Below are positions 29,887 through 41,450 of a stretch of DNA of 64,000 bases, one piece after another. Both the position numbers and the translations under genes were made by a program. Source of the DNA: an uncultured Arcobacter sp. (GTDB lineage Bacteria; Campylobacterota; Campylobacteria; Campylobacterales; Arcobacteraceae); contig OZ223300.1 in assembly GCA_965140705.1 (NCBI GenBank), positions 384,001 through 448,000 of the forward strand. Reading direction: 5' to 3'. Positions within the stretch are counted from its first letter, which is position 1. Each line of letters begins with the position of its first letter. The notes below the pieces were generated by a model. That model searched no databases. It had not been told where the DNA came from and worked only from the letters and a program-made list of their open reading frames with translations.

Positions 29887-29970
29887 TATTTAATTACTTT
29901 GAAAAATAGTAAAACTTCCCATTATAAAACTTTTTCATAAAGAAATGAATCCTTAGGAAGTATAATATTA
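29882..29970 (+). repeat. 89-bp direct repeat, copy B
   Basis: Matches 23505-23593; spans the LysR stop, intergenic DNA and the kinase 3' end. Confidence 0.88.
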
Positions 29971-31793
29971 TACTCCAATCCATTATTATTTTGGCAAGTA
30001 AGTTTTCCATTTAATTGAAAAGAGATAAGAGTTTTCATAAGACTAAATCCAAACCCACTCTCTACCTTATCAATATTTGCACCAATACCATTATCTTTAT
30101 AGATAAAATTTATGGTTTTATCATCTTTAGAAAAGGAGATATTAATTTTTGGATTAGGAGTTTGTTTAAAAGCATATTTAACACTATTTAAGATTAACTC
30201 ATTTATTACAAGTCCTATTGGGATTAGGCTATTTTGATTTAATAAAATTTTTTGAATATTCAATTCATATTGGATATCTAAAGAAGAGTAGCTATTTTTG
30301 ATCTCAGATATGATTTCTTTAATATACTTTTTTAACTCAATTTTATTTGGATTTTTTATTTCTAAGAAGTTTTCATATAATATAGATATTGATTTGATTC
30401 TTTTTATATTTTCATCTAAAATATCTTTATCTTTTTCATTTACTAATTTGTCCTTATCCATATATAGTAAGGCACTTATTATTTGCAAATTGTTTTTAAT
30501 TCTATGGGATAACTCTTTTAATAATACTGTTTTATTTTTTAATTGTATATCTAACTCTTTTGTTCTCTCTTCAACTTTCTTTTCCAAATGTATATTTAGT
30601 TGAGTTACTTCTTTTTTAGTATTTTCTAAAATAAGGTTCAATGAAGTATATCTATATGCTAAAGCTATAGAAAAAAGAATAGAGTCTATAGTTGTTCCAA
30701 TATCAACTCCTTTAAACAAGTACCAATTATAATCAATCATAGAAGCTGCAATTGAAGCTGTTAAAAAGGCACCAGTACAGCCAAAAATAGTTGCTAAAGT
30801 AAAGAATACTGCTTTTTTATTTCCCTTTAAATAAGAGTAAACTCCCAAAAATAGCATATAGATACTAAATAATGGAGTAATACAAGAGGCATAAAAAATA
30901 GTATATTTATATCCTAAAATAGAAGCAAGAATACATATTATAATATGTCCAATCAAAATATAGTTTGTATAAGTATTTATTTTAGGAAAATTATCTTTTA
31001 ACTCTAAAAATGATTTAGCAAAAAGTAAACTAAAAATCAAGTAGAAAAGGATAGTAAGAGATTGCATCCAGTTTTGAATATTTGGGTAGTCGTAGAATAT
31101 ATATTTAAAAGTATGGCTATCATAACTTAAACTCATCAAAAGATATGATAATAAATATAATGAATAATAAAAATAAGGCTTATATCTTGCAATAATAAAT
31201 ATTAAAATATTAAAAATAAAAATAGCAAAAACAATACTATAAGTACTTATTACTATCAAATCCATATTCATTATTTTTTTATAAAAGTTCTTTTCACTTA
31301 AAATTGAAAAAGGTATTATAAAAGGATCTCTTGTTTTTATTTGTAAATATACAGTTGATTTACCTTTAGAGAAGTTATGGGCTTGATTTAGAAGATTAAT
31401 CTTCATTGATCTCTCTTTAAAAGGTAATAAGGTACCCAATTTATAAGTTGTCAATCTATTTTGGTTATCGTATATATAAATATTAATAGAATCTATCCAA
31501 GGTGTATCAAATACAAAATATCTTTCTAATTTATTATTTGTTTCATTTAATGCATCAAATTTAAACCAATAAGTAGAGTCAGTAAAAAACTTAAGAAAAA
31601 CTTCTTTTTCTTGTTTTGTAAAGCTTTTATTATTTAGCTCTTTTATTTTATTTATAGTATAAGATGAGTCTTTATCTTCAAAATAACTCATCTTTTTACC
31701 TTCATAACTTAAATTTTTATTTGATAAATCAATTTCTGTTGCAAAAACAGAAGAAAAACTAACAAGTAAAATAATTAAATAGTATATTCTCAA
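29922..31793 (-). CDS. 7TM-DISM sensor histidine kinase (HisKA_2 type)
   Basis: Signal peptide, extracellular domain, 7 TM; ELSHRIKNNLQ, NELILNSVKYAF, DNGIG, GFG. Confidence 0.9.
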   Translation of the reverse strand: MRIYYLIILLVSFSSVFATEIDLSNKNLSYEGKKMSYFEDKDSSYTINKIKELNNKSFTKQEKEVFLKFFTDSTYWFKFDALNETNNKLERYFVFDTPWIDSINIYIYDNQNRLTTYKLGTLLPFKERSMKINLLNQAHNFSKGKSTVYLQIKTRDPFIIPFSILSEKNFYKKIMNMDLIVISTYSIVFAIFIFNILIFIIARYKPYFYYSLYLLSYLLMSLSYDSHTFKYIFYDYPNIQNWMQSLTILFYLIFSLLFAKSFLELKDNFPKINTYTNYILIGHIIICILASILGYKYTIFYASCITPLFSIYMLFLGVYSYLKGNKKAVFFTLATIFGCTGAFLTASIAASMIDYNWYLFKGVDIGTTIDSILFSIALAYRYTSLNLILENTKKEVTQLNIHLEKKVEERTKELDIQLKNKTVLLKELSHRIKNNLQIISALLYMDKDKLVNEKDKDILDENIKRIKSISILYENFLEIKNPNKIELKKYIKEIISEIKNSYSSLDIQYELNIQKILLNQNSLIPIGLVINELILNSVKYAFKQTPNPKINISFSKDDKTINFIYKDNGIGANIDKVESGFGFSLMKTLISFQLNGKLTCQNNNGLEYNIILPKDSFLYEKVL

Positions 31794-31906
31794 AATAAAC
31801 CTTTCTCGTATTTTATGTGTAATATAATAATAAAATAAGTATTATACTGTTTTAAGTTATGAATATATATTATAAAAAACAGAAGAATAAAGAAAGAGAT
31901 TAGCGT

Positions 31907-32572
31907 TTGAATATTATTATTTTAGAAGATGAAGCAATTATGATGATGTTTTTAAAAGACTCCTTAGAGAAAAAAGGACATACAGTAAAAGCTACATTTA
32001 ATAGTTATTTAGGTTTTTTTGAATTTATTGAAAAAGAAAATATTGATTTAGTTTTTATGGATATTTTAATAAAGGGGTCATTAGATGGCACTCAAATAGC
32101 CAAAAGACTAAGAGAAATAAACAAAACCATAAAAATTGTATTTATTACTTCATATAAAGATAGCCAAACCTTACAAATGGCAAAACTATCAAAACCCAAT
32201 GGATATCTTATTAAGCCCGTATCAAAAGAGGATTTGGAAGCTATTTTGATGGTTTGTGAAACAAATACTGAACTAAAAGAAAATAATGATTATATAACAA
32301 TAGCCACTTATAAATATCATATTATAAATAAAACAGTAGAAGAGAATAATGAGTTAATAAAACTTACAAAAAATGAATTAAAATGTTTTGAGTTATTACT
32401 TCAAAATAAAAACACCTATATCTCTCCTGAAATCTTAATAAATCACTTATGGAATGTGGAGGCATCTATAAAATTTAATTCCCTAAGAGAACTTGTATAT
32501 AGAATAAGAAAAAAATTACCAAACTTATATATTGAAAATAGTATAAATATAGGTTATATCCTAAAAGATTGA
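31907..32572 (+). CDS. Response regulator (REC plus winged helix)
   Basis: LEDE, DLVFMDI, YLIKP; C-terminal RIRKKL..IGY. Confidence 0.9.
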   Translation: MNIIILEDEAIMMMFLKDSLEKKGHTVKATFNSYLGFFEFIEKENIDLVFMDILIKGSLDGTQIAKRLREINKTIKIVFITSYKDSQTLQMAKLSKPNGYLIKPVSKEDLEAILMVCETNTELKENNDYITIATYKYHIINKTVEENNELIKLTKNELKCFELLLQNKNTYISPEILINHLWNVEASIKFNSLRELVYRIRKKLPNLYIENSINIGYILKD

Positions 32573-32660
32573 TAAAAAATATTTTTTATACCATCTTAAT
32601 TTTTATATTGTATAGGCATATTTCAAGGTTATGGTTTTTTTAACTCTATTTTAAAAAGAT

Positions 32661-33020
32661 TTATTTAATAAATTTCTTTTGTATCTCTTCTGTACTTAAT
32701 TCTATATTCTCTTCATTTAAAAAGCCATAATAATAAGTATCATTTTTATCACTTATTTCGATTATTAAAATATTTTCATCAGAGTGATTTTTTACAAATT
32801 TTTCTATTGCTTCTATTGCTGAGTCCTTCCAATATCTTTCTATCTCGTAATTATTTCCTGCATCAAAAAATAAACAATCTTCACACATTGAAAATAAATA
32901 ATTTCCTGCACCTTCGTATATTTCAAAAGAGTTATTATCATTATCAAGTTTTTCATTTGTAAAAGGGCAATATAAACTAAATTTTTTGTTTTCATTTGAT
33001 TTTAATACTATTTTATTCAT
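32661..33020 (-). CDS. Acidic hypothetical protein
   Basis: SD aagga; CPF and CEDC cysteines. Confidence 0.7.
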   Translation of the reverse strand: MNKIVLKSNENKKFSLYCPFTNEKLDNDNNSFEIYEGAGNYLFSMCEDCLFFDAGNNYEIERYWKDSAIEAIEKFVKNHSDENILIIEISDKNDTYYYGFLNEENIELSTEEIQKKFIK

Positions 33021-33273
33021 ACAATATCCTTTATATTTAATTTTTGAATTATACTATTTGATTCTTTTATTAATCTCAAATGAGATTGTTTATTAATTAT
33101 ACAGAGAATAATAACAGAAAATAAAAGAAATTTTGAAATTTACTGTATAGCCCTTATCGTGGGTATTAACTAAACAAATAATTTTCTTAAATGAACACTG
33201 CCTTATTGTAGCTTAACCTTGTTTTTGTTAGTTTGTTAGGGTAGGTGACAATTATTTTTAAAAGGAGCTAGTT

Positions 33274-34479
33274 ATTAGTTTAGAAAAAAAGAAAAAACTC
33301 ACGATAAAAAATGTATATAAGGTTTTTGGAGAGAAACCGAAAAAAGCTCTAGAAATGCTCAAAAATGGTCTTTCAAAAGAAGAGATTTTTGAAAAAACAA
33401 ATATGACTATTGGTGTTCAAAATGCAAGTTTTGAAATCAATGAAGGTGAAATATTTGTAATCATGGGACTATCAGGTTCTGGAAAATCAACACTAGTAAG
33501 ACTGCTAAATAGATTAATAGAGCCAACTTCTGGCCAAATATTTATTGACGAAACCGATATTACAAATTTAAATGACAAAGAGTTGATTGATATTAGAAGA
33601 AGAAAAATATCAATGGTATTTCAATCTTTTGCACTAATGCCACATATGAACATTATAGATAATGCATCATTTGGCTTAGAACTAAGTGGAATTAGTAAAG
33701 AAGATAGATATAAAAAAGCACAAGCTGCACTAGATCAAGTTGGATTATCACATCATGCTTTATCTTATCCAGATGAGTTAAGTGGTGGTATGCAACAAAG
33801 AGTAGGATTGGCAAGAGCTTTAGCAAATGATCCAGATATTATGCTTATGGATGAAGCTTTTTCAGCCCTTGATCCTCTTATAAGAACTGAAATGCAAGAT
33901 GAACTTTTGACCCTACAAAGTGAACATCAAAGAACTATTGTATTTATTTCTCATGATTTAGATGAAGCTATTAGAATTGGTGATAGAATTGCAATTATGC
34001 AAAATGGTGAGATATCTCAAGTGGGAACTCCTGAAGAGATTATCAATAACCCTGCAAACGATTATGTAAAATCATTTTTTAAAGGCGTTGATGTGACAAC
34101 AGTTTTAACTGCATCACATATTGCTAAAAAAAGTTATCCTACAATTATAAAAAAAGATGGTTTTGGAATTAATTCGGCAATTCAATATATTAATGATTAT
34201 GATTTCGATTTTGCATATTATCTTACAAAAGATAATAAGTATTTAGGAGTTCTTACCCTTGAAGCTTTAAAAGAACAGAAAAAAATAAATGGAAATCTTG
34301 AAGACTCTTTACTAAAACAAGAGGTTGTAAATGAAAATGATTCTATTGCTGATTTTATAAATATTATCGCAGAATCATTTTTCCCTATTGCAGTTGTAGC
34401 TGATAATGGGAAATATAAAGGGGTAATTTCAAAACGAACTCTATTAAAAACAATTGATGAAGGAGCTATAAATGGCTAG
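33274..34479 (+). CDS. proV: Glycine betaine/proline ABC ATPase ProV (ATT start at 33274 inferred; first ATG at 33355)
   Basis: [13 protein letters not shown] upstream of the [27 protein letters not shown]-terminal CBS-like region. Confidence 0.92.
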   Translation: MSLEKKKKLTIKNVYKVFGEKPKKALEMLKNGLSKEEIFEKTNMTIGVQNASFEINEGEIFVIMGLSGSGKSTLVRLLNRLIEPTSGQIFIDETDITNLNDKELIDIRRRKISMVFQSFALMPHMNIIDNASFGLELSGISKEDRYKKAQAALDQVGLSHHALSYPDELSGGMQQRVGLARALANDPDIMLMDEAFSALDPLIRTEMQDELLTLQSEHQRTIVFISHDLDEAIRIGDRIAIMQNGEISQVGTPEEIINNPANDYVKSFFKGVDVTTVLTASHIAKKSYPTIIKKDGFGINSAIQYINDYDFDFAYYLTKDNKYLGVLTLEALKEQKKINGNLEDSLLKQEVVNENDSIADFINIIAESFFPIAVVADNGKYKGVISKRTLLKTIDEGAING

Positions 34480-35497
34480 TGATCCATGGGGAAATGCTTC
34501 GACGGCACAAGCAGATAAAGCATCAAGTGTTGATTGGTCACATGTTGCACCAAATACAACTGCAACACCATCTTTTGACATAAAAAATCCTTTTGACCAT
34601 AGTATTATTCCCTTTGATTCTTGGGTAAATGGTGGAATTAATTGGATAGTAGAAAACTTTAGGGATTTCTTTATATCTGCAAAAGCACCCGTTGATGTGA
34701 TTTTAAGATTTATTGAAACTTTTTTACAATCCCTTTCACCTTATGTGGTAATTGGATTTTTTGTTTTACTTGCTTTACAAGTATCTAGTAAGAAGATGGC
34801 TTTTGGAACCTTTGTTTCACTTGCATTTATTGGATTTATTGGTGCTTGGGATGCTAGTATGACTACTTTAGCATTGGTTATTACTTCTGTGCTCTTTTCC
34901 GTTTTAATTGGTTTACCACTTGGAATTTGGAGTGCAAAAAGTGATATGGTAGAGAAAATATTAAGACCTATTTTAGATGGTATGCAAACAACACCTGCCT
35001 TTGTATATTTAATACCTATTGTTATGTTATTTGGAATAGGGAATGTTCCAGGTGTAATAGTAACTATTATTTTTGCCTTACCTCCATTAATAAGACTTAC
35101 AAATTTAGGTATTAGACAAGTACCTGCTGACTTGATTGAAGCATCTAGATCATTTGGGGCGAGTTCATCTCAAATGCTTTTTAAAGTACAACTTCCAGTT
35201 GCTATGCCTACAATTATGGCAGGGATAAATCAAACATTAATGCTTTCATTATCTATGGTTGTAATCGCTTCAATGATTGCAGTTGGAGGATTAGGTCAAA
35301 TGGTTCTAAGAGGTATAGGAAGACTTGATATTGGTCTTGCAGCTGTTGGTGGTATAGGAATTGTTATCCTAGCAGTAATACTAGATAGAATAACTCAAGA
35401 GATGGGCAAAAAAGATAAAAAGAAAAAAAATAAATGGTATGAACAAGGTCCAGTTGGGTTAGTTTATAATTTAATAAAAAAGGAGAAAAAAATATGA
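34472..35497 (+). CDS. proW: Glycine betaine/proline ABC permease ProW
   Basis: [39 protein letters not shown]. Confidence 0.95.
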   Translation: MASDPWGNASTAQADKASSVDWSHVAPNTTATPSFDIKNPFDHSIIPFDSWVNGGINWIVENFRDFFISAKAPVDVILRFIETFLQSLSPYVVIGFFVLLALQVSSKKMAFGTFVSLAFIGFIGAWDASMTTLALVITSVLFSVLIGLPLGIWSAKSDMVEKILRPILDGMQTTPAFVYLIPIVMLFGIGNVPGVIVTIIFALPPLIRLTNLGIRQVPADLIEASRSFGASSSQMLFKVQLPVAMPTIMAGINQTLMLSLSMVVIASMIAVGGLGQMVLRGIGRLDIGLAAVGGIGIVILAVILDRITQEMGKKDKKKKNKWYEQGPVGLVYNLIKKEKKI

Positions 35498-36462
35498 AAA
35501 AAATATTAATAAGTTTAATAGCTATTTTTTTAACATCAAATTTATTTGGTGCCAAGGTTACATTTTTAAGAACAAGTATCGCAGAAGAGGGTTTTCAAAT
35601 GTATATCGCTGCTGATATAGTGAAAAGATTGGGTTATGATGTAGAAATAACAAATGATGTTAGTTATGAAGTTGCTTATCAAACAATAGCACAAAATGCA
35701 AAAAGCAAAGATGCTTATATTATGGCAGCAGCATGGATTCCTCTTCATAACTCAAAAATCAAAGGTGCTGGGGGAAGTAAAAAGATTGATATTATAGGTT
35801 CATATATTAAAAATTGTGCACAAGGTTATTTAATAGATAAAAAAACAGCAGAAAAATATAATATTAAATATATCAATGATTTAAAAGATCCCAAAATCGC
35901 TAAACTATTTGATTCAAATGGTGATGGAAAAGCTGACTTAGCAGGTTGTGATGCTGGTTGGGGTTGTGAAAAAGTAATTGAGTATCAATTAGACGCTTAT
36001 GGATTAAGAGATACAGTTGAACATAATCAAGGACAATATTCATCAATTATTACTGATACAATTGCAAGATATAAAAGTGGAAAACCAATTTTATATTATA
36101 CTTGGACTCCATATTGGGTAAGTGGGAAATTAGTTCCTGGTAAAGATACTGTATTTTTACAAGTAACTCATTCGGCTCATCCTGTAACAAAATCTACAAA
36201 ACTTCCAAATGGGGCTGATTATGGATTTAATGTAAATACTCAAGATTTTGCAGTAAATGCTTCTTTACCTAAAAACTATAAAGATATTGCAAAGTTATTA
36301 GAAATAATGAGATTAGATGTAAATGATGTAAGTGGTGAAAATATGCTTATGGAACAAGGTCAAAATAAAGAAGCAGATATAAAAAGACATGCTCAAATGT
36401 GGCTTAAAAGTAATGCAGATAAAGTAAATAAATGGATTGCTGAAGCAAAAGAAGCTAAATAA
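35494..36462 (+). CDS. proX: Glycine betaine-binding protein ProX
   Basis: [27 protein letters not shown]. Confidence 0.93.
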   Translation: MKKILISLIAIFLTSNLFGAKVTFLRTSIAEEGFQMYIAADIVKRLGYDVEITNDVSYEVAYQTIAQNAKSKDAYIMAAAWIPLHNSKIKGAGGSKKIDIIGSYIKNCAQGYLIDKKTAEKYNIKYINDLKDPKIAKLFDSNGDGKADLAGCDAGWGCEKVIEYQLDAYGLRDTVEHNQGQYSSIITDTIARYKSGKPILYYTWTPYWVSGKLVPGKDTVFLQVTHSAHPVTKSTKLPNGADYGFNVNTQDFAVNASLPKNYKDIAKLLEIMRLDVNDVSGENMLMEQGQNKEADIKRHAQMWLKSNADKVNKWIAEAKEAK

Positions 36463-36474
36463 TAAATGATTAAT

Positions 36475-36505
36475 TAATTCCTACAAATATAATTTGTAGG
36501 AATTA
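36475..36505 (+). terminator. Terminator hairpin after proX
   Basis: taattcctacaaat / atttgtaggaatta 14-bp inverted repeat. Confidence 0.7.
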
Positions 36506-36572
36506 TATTTGTAATTAAGTTGTTATTTGGTTTGCTTGTAATACACTGAAAAATATATGAAAATATAGATAC

Positions 36573-36649
<77 letters not shown>

Positions 36650-36740
36650 ATTTTAAATTATTTTAATCAACAAATAATTCTACTATCGTATTTCTTAAAG
36701 GTCTTTTTAACTATAATAACATTTCAGAAAAATTATATTA

Positions 36741-37535
36741 TTGATACAGGATATTACATTGGAAAATGAAATTAATAAAGATATAGCTACTACTTTTCTA
36801 AAAGGACTTAGTGTTATTGAAGCATTTGATCATGAAAATCCTAGTATGACACTAACTGATGTTGCAAAAAAAGTTAATATTACTCGTTCAAGCGCAAGAA
36901 GATTTTTGCTATCCCTTGAATCTTTAGGTTATGCAACTCAAAATGATAAACTTTTTTCCCTTACTCCTAAAATTATAAATTTAGGATATAGCTATTTTGC
37001 TTCATTATCATGGACAGACTTAGCATATAAGTATGTAAAAATGGTTGTGAAAGAGTGTAAGCTATCTTGTGCGGTTTCTATTTTAGATGGTCCTCATATT
37101 ACTTGTATTATGAGAGTAAATTCTTCTAAAATTTTAAAAGGTGGTATTCATGTAGGAGGTAAGTTGCCTGCTCCATATACAGCAACTGGAAGATTGTTTA
37201 TGGCAGAGATGAATGATAAAGAGTTACGTGAGTATTTATCAAAAACTCCTTTAAAAAAATATACTTCCAAAACAATTTATGATCCTAATGAACTTTTTGA
37301 AAAAATTAAATCAGAAAGAAATCAACCATATCAAGTAATAGAAGAGGAGTTGGAAGATGGTCTTTTAGCTATTGCTGCTCCAATTTATGACTCTCATCAC
37401 AAAATTCTTGGCTGTATGACTATTGGTACTTATATGAGTGAAGAAAATGCTAAATACTTAAAAGAGTATGTATTACCTATGTTAATTGATGCAGCAAATA
37501 ATGCTACAGAAGCAATAGTACTTTTAAAACACTAA
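36741..37535 (+). CDS. IclR-family regulator (PcaR/PobR-like)
   Basis: KGLSVIEAF..LTDVA..TRSSARRFL..LGY; TATGR; EELEDGLLAIAAPI. Confidence 0.9.
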   Translation: MIQDITLENEINKDIATTFLKGLSVIEAFDHENPSMTLTDVAKKVNITRSSARRFLLSLESLGYATQNDKLFSLTPKIINLGYSYFASLSWTDLAYKYVKMVVKECKLSCAVSILDGPHITCIMRVNSSKILKGGIHVGGKLPAPYTATGRLFMAEMNDKELREYLSKTPLKKYTSKTIYDPNELFEKIKSERNQPYQVIEEELEDGLLAIAAPIYDSHHKILGCMTIGTYMSEENAKYLKEYVLPMLIDAANNATEAIVLLKH

Positions 37536-37690
37536 AATTCAATTTATAATCCTTTTAATACATTTTATTCTACTTTCTTTTGTAAATATTTTAATATATT
37601 TATAAAATCTATTTTTCTTGTTTTTTTAGATAAATTTATAAAGCACTATATTTAGGCTATTTTAGAGATTAAAATTTGTTTTTCTATTAA

Positions 37691-37733
37691 AAATGTTCAT
37701 TTATCGAACTTTTACAAATTAAGCGAACTTTTA
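37691..37733. promoter_or_regulatory. Putative IclR (PcaU/PobR-type) operator
   Basis: gttc-N7-gaac palindrome plus 10-bp direct repeat cgaactttta (37705, 37724). Confidence 0.6.
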
Positions 37734-37776
37734 TTTTGCCAATGATATAGTTTCTTATCACAACAAAGGAGTGAAA

Positions 37777-38748
37777 ATGAAAAAATTTGATTATCTATCA
37801 AAAGTGATAATGAGTGCAGTTGCTTTCTTGGCATTAACTGCAACTGTTGCTCTGGCAAAGTATCCAGATAGACCTATTACAATGATTATTGCTTATAGTG
37901 CTGGGGGCGGTACTGATATAGCGGCAAGAACACTTGCACCATATATTGAAAAATATATTGGAACATCAATCACTGTAATAAATAAAGCAGGAGCTGGTGG
38001 ACAAATTGGTTTTACAGAACTTGCTCATTCAAAACCAGATGGTTATACAATTGGATTTATTAATACACCAAATTTATTAACAATTCCAATTCAAAGAAAA
38101 ACAAGATATTCTTTAAAAGATTTAACACCAATTGCTAATGTTATATATGATCCAGGTGCTTTTTCTATGCTTGCAACTAGTAAGATTAAGACTTTAAAAG
38201 ATCTTATTGCCTTTGCAAAAAAGAATCCAGGTGCAGTTACATATGGGACTACTGGAATAGGTTCAGATGACCATTTAGCAGCTTTACAATTTGAAAGAGA
38301 AAATGGAATTGTAATGACTCATATTCCTTTTAAGGGTAATAATAAAGTAAGAGCTGCATTATTAGGTGGGCATATCATGATGGCAAGTATGAATATAAGC
38401 CAATCAATTGATGATTTTAAAGATGGGAAAATAACGATTTTTGGACAAATGTCAGAAAAAAGATGGCCAGGAGCACCACAAATTCCAACTTTCAAAGAAC
38501 AAGGTTTTAACATAATTATGGGTTCAGATAGAGGTATTGGTGCACCAGCAGGAGTGGATCCAAAAATTATTTCTATTATTTCTGATGCTGTTGCTAAAGC
38601 AGTAGCTGATCCAGAATTTCAAGAAAAAGCAAAAAAACAAAGTCTTCCATTAACATATATGAATGCTAAAGAGTTTAAAGATCATTTAGAAAAATTACAA
38701 AAAAACTTACAGCAAATTTGGGATAAGACTCCTTGGTCTAAAAAATAG
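37777..38748 (+). CDS. tctC: Tripartite tricarboxylate transporter substrate-binding protein
   Basis: YPDRPI..AGGGTD..R, NKAGAGG, PDGYT, PTFKEQG. Confidence 0.93.
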   Translation: MKKFDYLSKVIMSAVAFLALTATVALAKYPDRPITMIIAYSAGGGTDIAARTLAPYIEKYIGTSITVINKAGAGGQIGFTELAHSKPDGYTIGFINTPNLLTIPIQRKTRYSLKDLTPIANVIYDPGAFSMLATSKIKTLKDLIAFAKKNPGAVTYGTTGIGSDDHLAALQFERENGIVMTHIPFKGNNKVRAALLGGHIMMASMNISQSIDDFKDGKITIFGQMSEKRWPGAPQIPTFKEQGFNIIMGSDRGIGAPAGVDPKIISIISDAVAKAVADPEFQEKAKKQSLPLTYMNAKEFKDHLEKLQKNLQQIWDKTPWSKK

Positions 38749-38812
38749 TTTTTAATAAAAGAAGATAATAACTATCTTCTTTTATTATTTTAAATTTGGG
38801 TGGGGGAATAAA

Positions 38813-39286
38813 ATGATAAAGAAAATTTATTTAGAAATTATTTTATCAATAAGTTTGATAATAATATGTTTAATGGGACTAATTTTTGAGGTGAGTACTT
38901 ATAGTGGAACATCATCAATTATGCCATATGGAGTATTAACTATAGCGTGTGTACTTTCGTTTTTTTGGCTAATACAATCAATTTTAGGATTAAAAAAACC
39001 ACAATTATTAGTTGAAAATATATTTCAAGATAGTATTGAGGGTAAAAGATTTTTTATATTTTTTTGTATTACTTTGATATATGTAATTGGTATTACTTTA
39101 ATTGGATTTTTTACAGCAACTATTATTGCTATACCAATTATATCTATAAGTATGGAATATAGAAGTTTATTAGGAATTGCTACTACAACTATCTTATTTA
39201 CAGCAATTATATTTATTGTATTTAGTCTATTTTTAAAAGTTCCTCTTCCTCTTGAGATTTGGAATAAATTATTGGGGGCTTCATAA
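38813..39286 (+). CDS. tctB: TTT small permease
   Basis: 4 TM helices, C-terminal LKVPLP, position between tctC and tctA. Confidence 0.85.
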   Translation: MIKKIYLEIILSISLIIICLMGLIFEVSTYSGTSSIMPYGVLTIACVLSFFWLIQSILGLKKPQLLVENIFQDSIEGKRFFIFFCITLIYVIGITLIGFFTATIIAIPIISISMEYRSLLGIATTTILFTAIIFIVFSLFLKVPLPLEIWNKLLGAS

Positions 39287-40785
39287 TGGATATTTTAAAT
39301 CATATTATGGCAGCTATTCCATTGGTATTTACAGTAGAAGTTTTTATTGCAATGATTGTAGGTACAACTATTGGGATTGCAGTAGGAGCATTGCCAGGTC
39401 TTTCTGCAACAATGGGGATTGCAGTACTTATTCCTATTACATTTACAATGCATCCCTTGACAGCATTAGGAATGATTGCAGGTATTTATAATGGTGCCAT
39501 GTACGGTGGTTCTATTCCTGCAATTTTGTTAAGGATTCCAGGAACTCCAGCAGGTGTTGCAACTGTATTTGATGGTTACCCAATGGCTCAACAAGGAAGA
39601 GGACCTTTAGCTTTAAATATCTCATTAGCTTCTTCTTCAATAGGTAGTGGATTTAGTGCAATTGCTCTATTACTTTTAGCTCCACCATTAGCCTCAATTG
39701 CTATAAACTTTGGTCCAGCTGATTACTTTTGGTTGGCACTATTTGGGCTGACTACTATTTCTGTATTGATGAGTAACAATCCTGTTAAAGGTTTATTAAG
39801 TGCTTGTTTTGGATTAGTTGTGGGTATGGTAGGAATTGATTTTACAACTGGGGATCAAAGGTTTGTATTTGATACAACCGAATTATTAGGGGGTGTTAAT
39901 ATAATTATTATCCTAACAGGTCTTTATGCTATCCCTCCAGCTATAGAATTAGCAATAAAATCTAGTTCAGCAGATGCAACTGGTGGACTTAAAATGGAAC
40001 AAAAGAAAGAGCGTTTTCGTTGGCTTTCCTTAACAATGGTATGGTTAAAGTCTTCTGCAATTGGTATTGTAATTGGAATAATCCCAGCACTAGGTGGAAA
40101 TGTAGCTGCTTTATTAGCTTGGAATGAACAAAGACGATCAGATAAAGATAAATCAAAATATATGAATGGGGCACCAGAAGGTGTTGCAGCAGCTGAATGT
40201 GCAAATAACGCAGATACAGCTGCGACACTAATTCCTGCAATTACACTTGGAATTCCAGGAAATGCAGTTGCAGCAGTTATTCTTGGGGCTTTATTAGTTC
40301 ATGGCTTGCGTCCTGGTCCTGATTTATTTACAGAAAATGGTGATATTGTATATGGGTTTATGCTTACTATGTTTATAACGGCCATTTTAATGTTTATTAT
40401 AGGAAGAATTGGAGCAAAGGCTTATATTCATGTATTAAAAGTACCTTCAGCTTTATTGGCACCAATGATATTATCATTGACTTTAATTGGAGTGTATGCA
40501 GTACATAATAGTATGTTTGAAGTAGGATTAATGTTGTGTTTTGGATTAATTGGATTTATAATGGAAAAATTATCAATACCAACTGCACCTGCTGTACTTG
40601 CAGTAATTCTTGGACCAATGGCTGAAGAGTCATTAAGAAGAGCGATGTTAATATCAAGAGATTCAGTTGGGTATTTATTTCAAAGTTATATTTCATGGAT
40701 TATTATTACAATGATTGCCATTACCCTTATTACCCCAATATTTAAATATTTTAGAAATAGATCTAAAAAAACTATAAAAGAGTAA
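39286..40785 (+). CDS. tctA: TTT large permease
   Basis: GALPGLSAT, YGGSIPAIL..PGTP, DGYPMAQQG, EGVAAAECANNA. Confidence 0.95.
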   Translation: MDILNHIMAAIPLVFTVEVFIAMIVGTTIGIAVGALPGLSATMGIAVLIPITFTMHPLTALGMIAGIYNGAMYGGSIPAILLRIPGTPAGVATVFDGYPMAQQGRGPLALNISLASSSIGSGFSAIALLLLAPPLASIAINFGPADYFWLALFGLTTISVLMSNNPVKGLLSACFGLVVGMVGIDFTTGDQRFVFDTTELLGGVNIIIILTGLYAIPPAIELAIKSSSADATGGLKMEQKKERFRWLSLTMVWLKSSAIGIVIGIIPALGGNVAALLAWNEQRRSDKDKSKYMNGAPEGVAAAECANNADTAATLIPAITLGIPGNAVAAVILGALLVHGLRPGPDLFTENGDIVYGFMLTMFITAILMFIIGRIGAKAYIHVLKVPSALLAPMILSLTLIGVYAVHNSMFEVGLMLCFGLIGFIMEKLSIPTAPAVLAVILGPMAEESLRRAMLISRDSVGYLFQSYISWIIITMIAITLITPIFKYFRNRSKKTIKE

Positions 40786-40788
40786 TAG

Positions 40789-41424
40789 ATGAATAATGAC
40801 AAGTTAAAAAAACTAGAAAATATAGCAACAACCTTAATTAGTGATACTCGTTCGAGGATGACAGGAATTGTTGGCTTAAAAAGAATAGATAGTGGTTTTA
40901 GAACAGTAGGTCGTGCTTTTACTATAAAAACACGCCCTTCTGATAATCTTGCTATTTATGAAGCTCTTACAAAGGTAAAGCCAGGTGATTTTTTAATCGT
41001 AGAATCTGGAAATAATTGTACAAATGCACTTGTAGGAGAATTAATAACTTTACAATTAGAAAAATTAGGTGGTGTGGGAATTATCGTTGATGGAGCAATT
41101 AGAGATTATGAGAAACTACATGCTTCTACAACTTTGGCATGTTATGCTAGAGGAATATCACATAAAGGACCATTTAAAACTGGACCTGGTTTTTTAAATG
41201 TTCCAATAAGTATTTGTGGACAAATTGTAAATCCTGGAGATATTGTTGTAGCTGATGATGATGGAATTGTTACTTTTCCCGAAGAAGAGTTAGATGCAGT
41301 TTTATTAGCAGTTCAAGAGAGAATAAAAATTGAAGAAAAAGTTATGGATGAAATAAATATGACACCACATTCTATGACATGGATTCAAGATATTTTAAAT
41401 GTAGCAAAAAGCACTAGTAAATAA
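40789..41424 (+). CDS. RraA/HMG-aldolase family protein
   Basis: DNL, ALVGEL, VDGAIRD, VNPGDIVVADDDG. Confidence 0.88.
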   Translation: MNNDKLKKLENIATTLISDTRSRMTGIVGLKRIDSGFRTVGRAFTIKTRPSDNLAIYEALTKVKPGDFLIVESGNNCTNALVGELITLQLEKLGGVGIIVDGAIRDYEKLHASTTLACYARGISHKGPFKTGPGFLNVPISICGQIVNPGDIVVADDDGIVTFPEEELDAVLLAVQERIKIEEKVMDEINMTPHSMTWIQDILNVAKSTSK

Positions 41425-41450
41425 AAGTTTAGATTTTAGGAGAAATAGTT

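Noticed and set aside
33140..33250. Possible structured leader upstream of proV
   Set aside because: Only weak, G:U-dependent pairing was found by eye; not supportable without folding or covariation analysis
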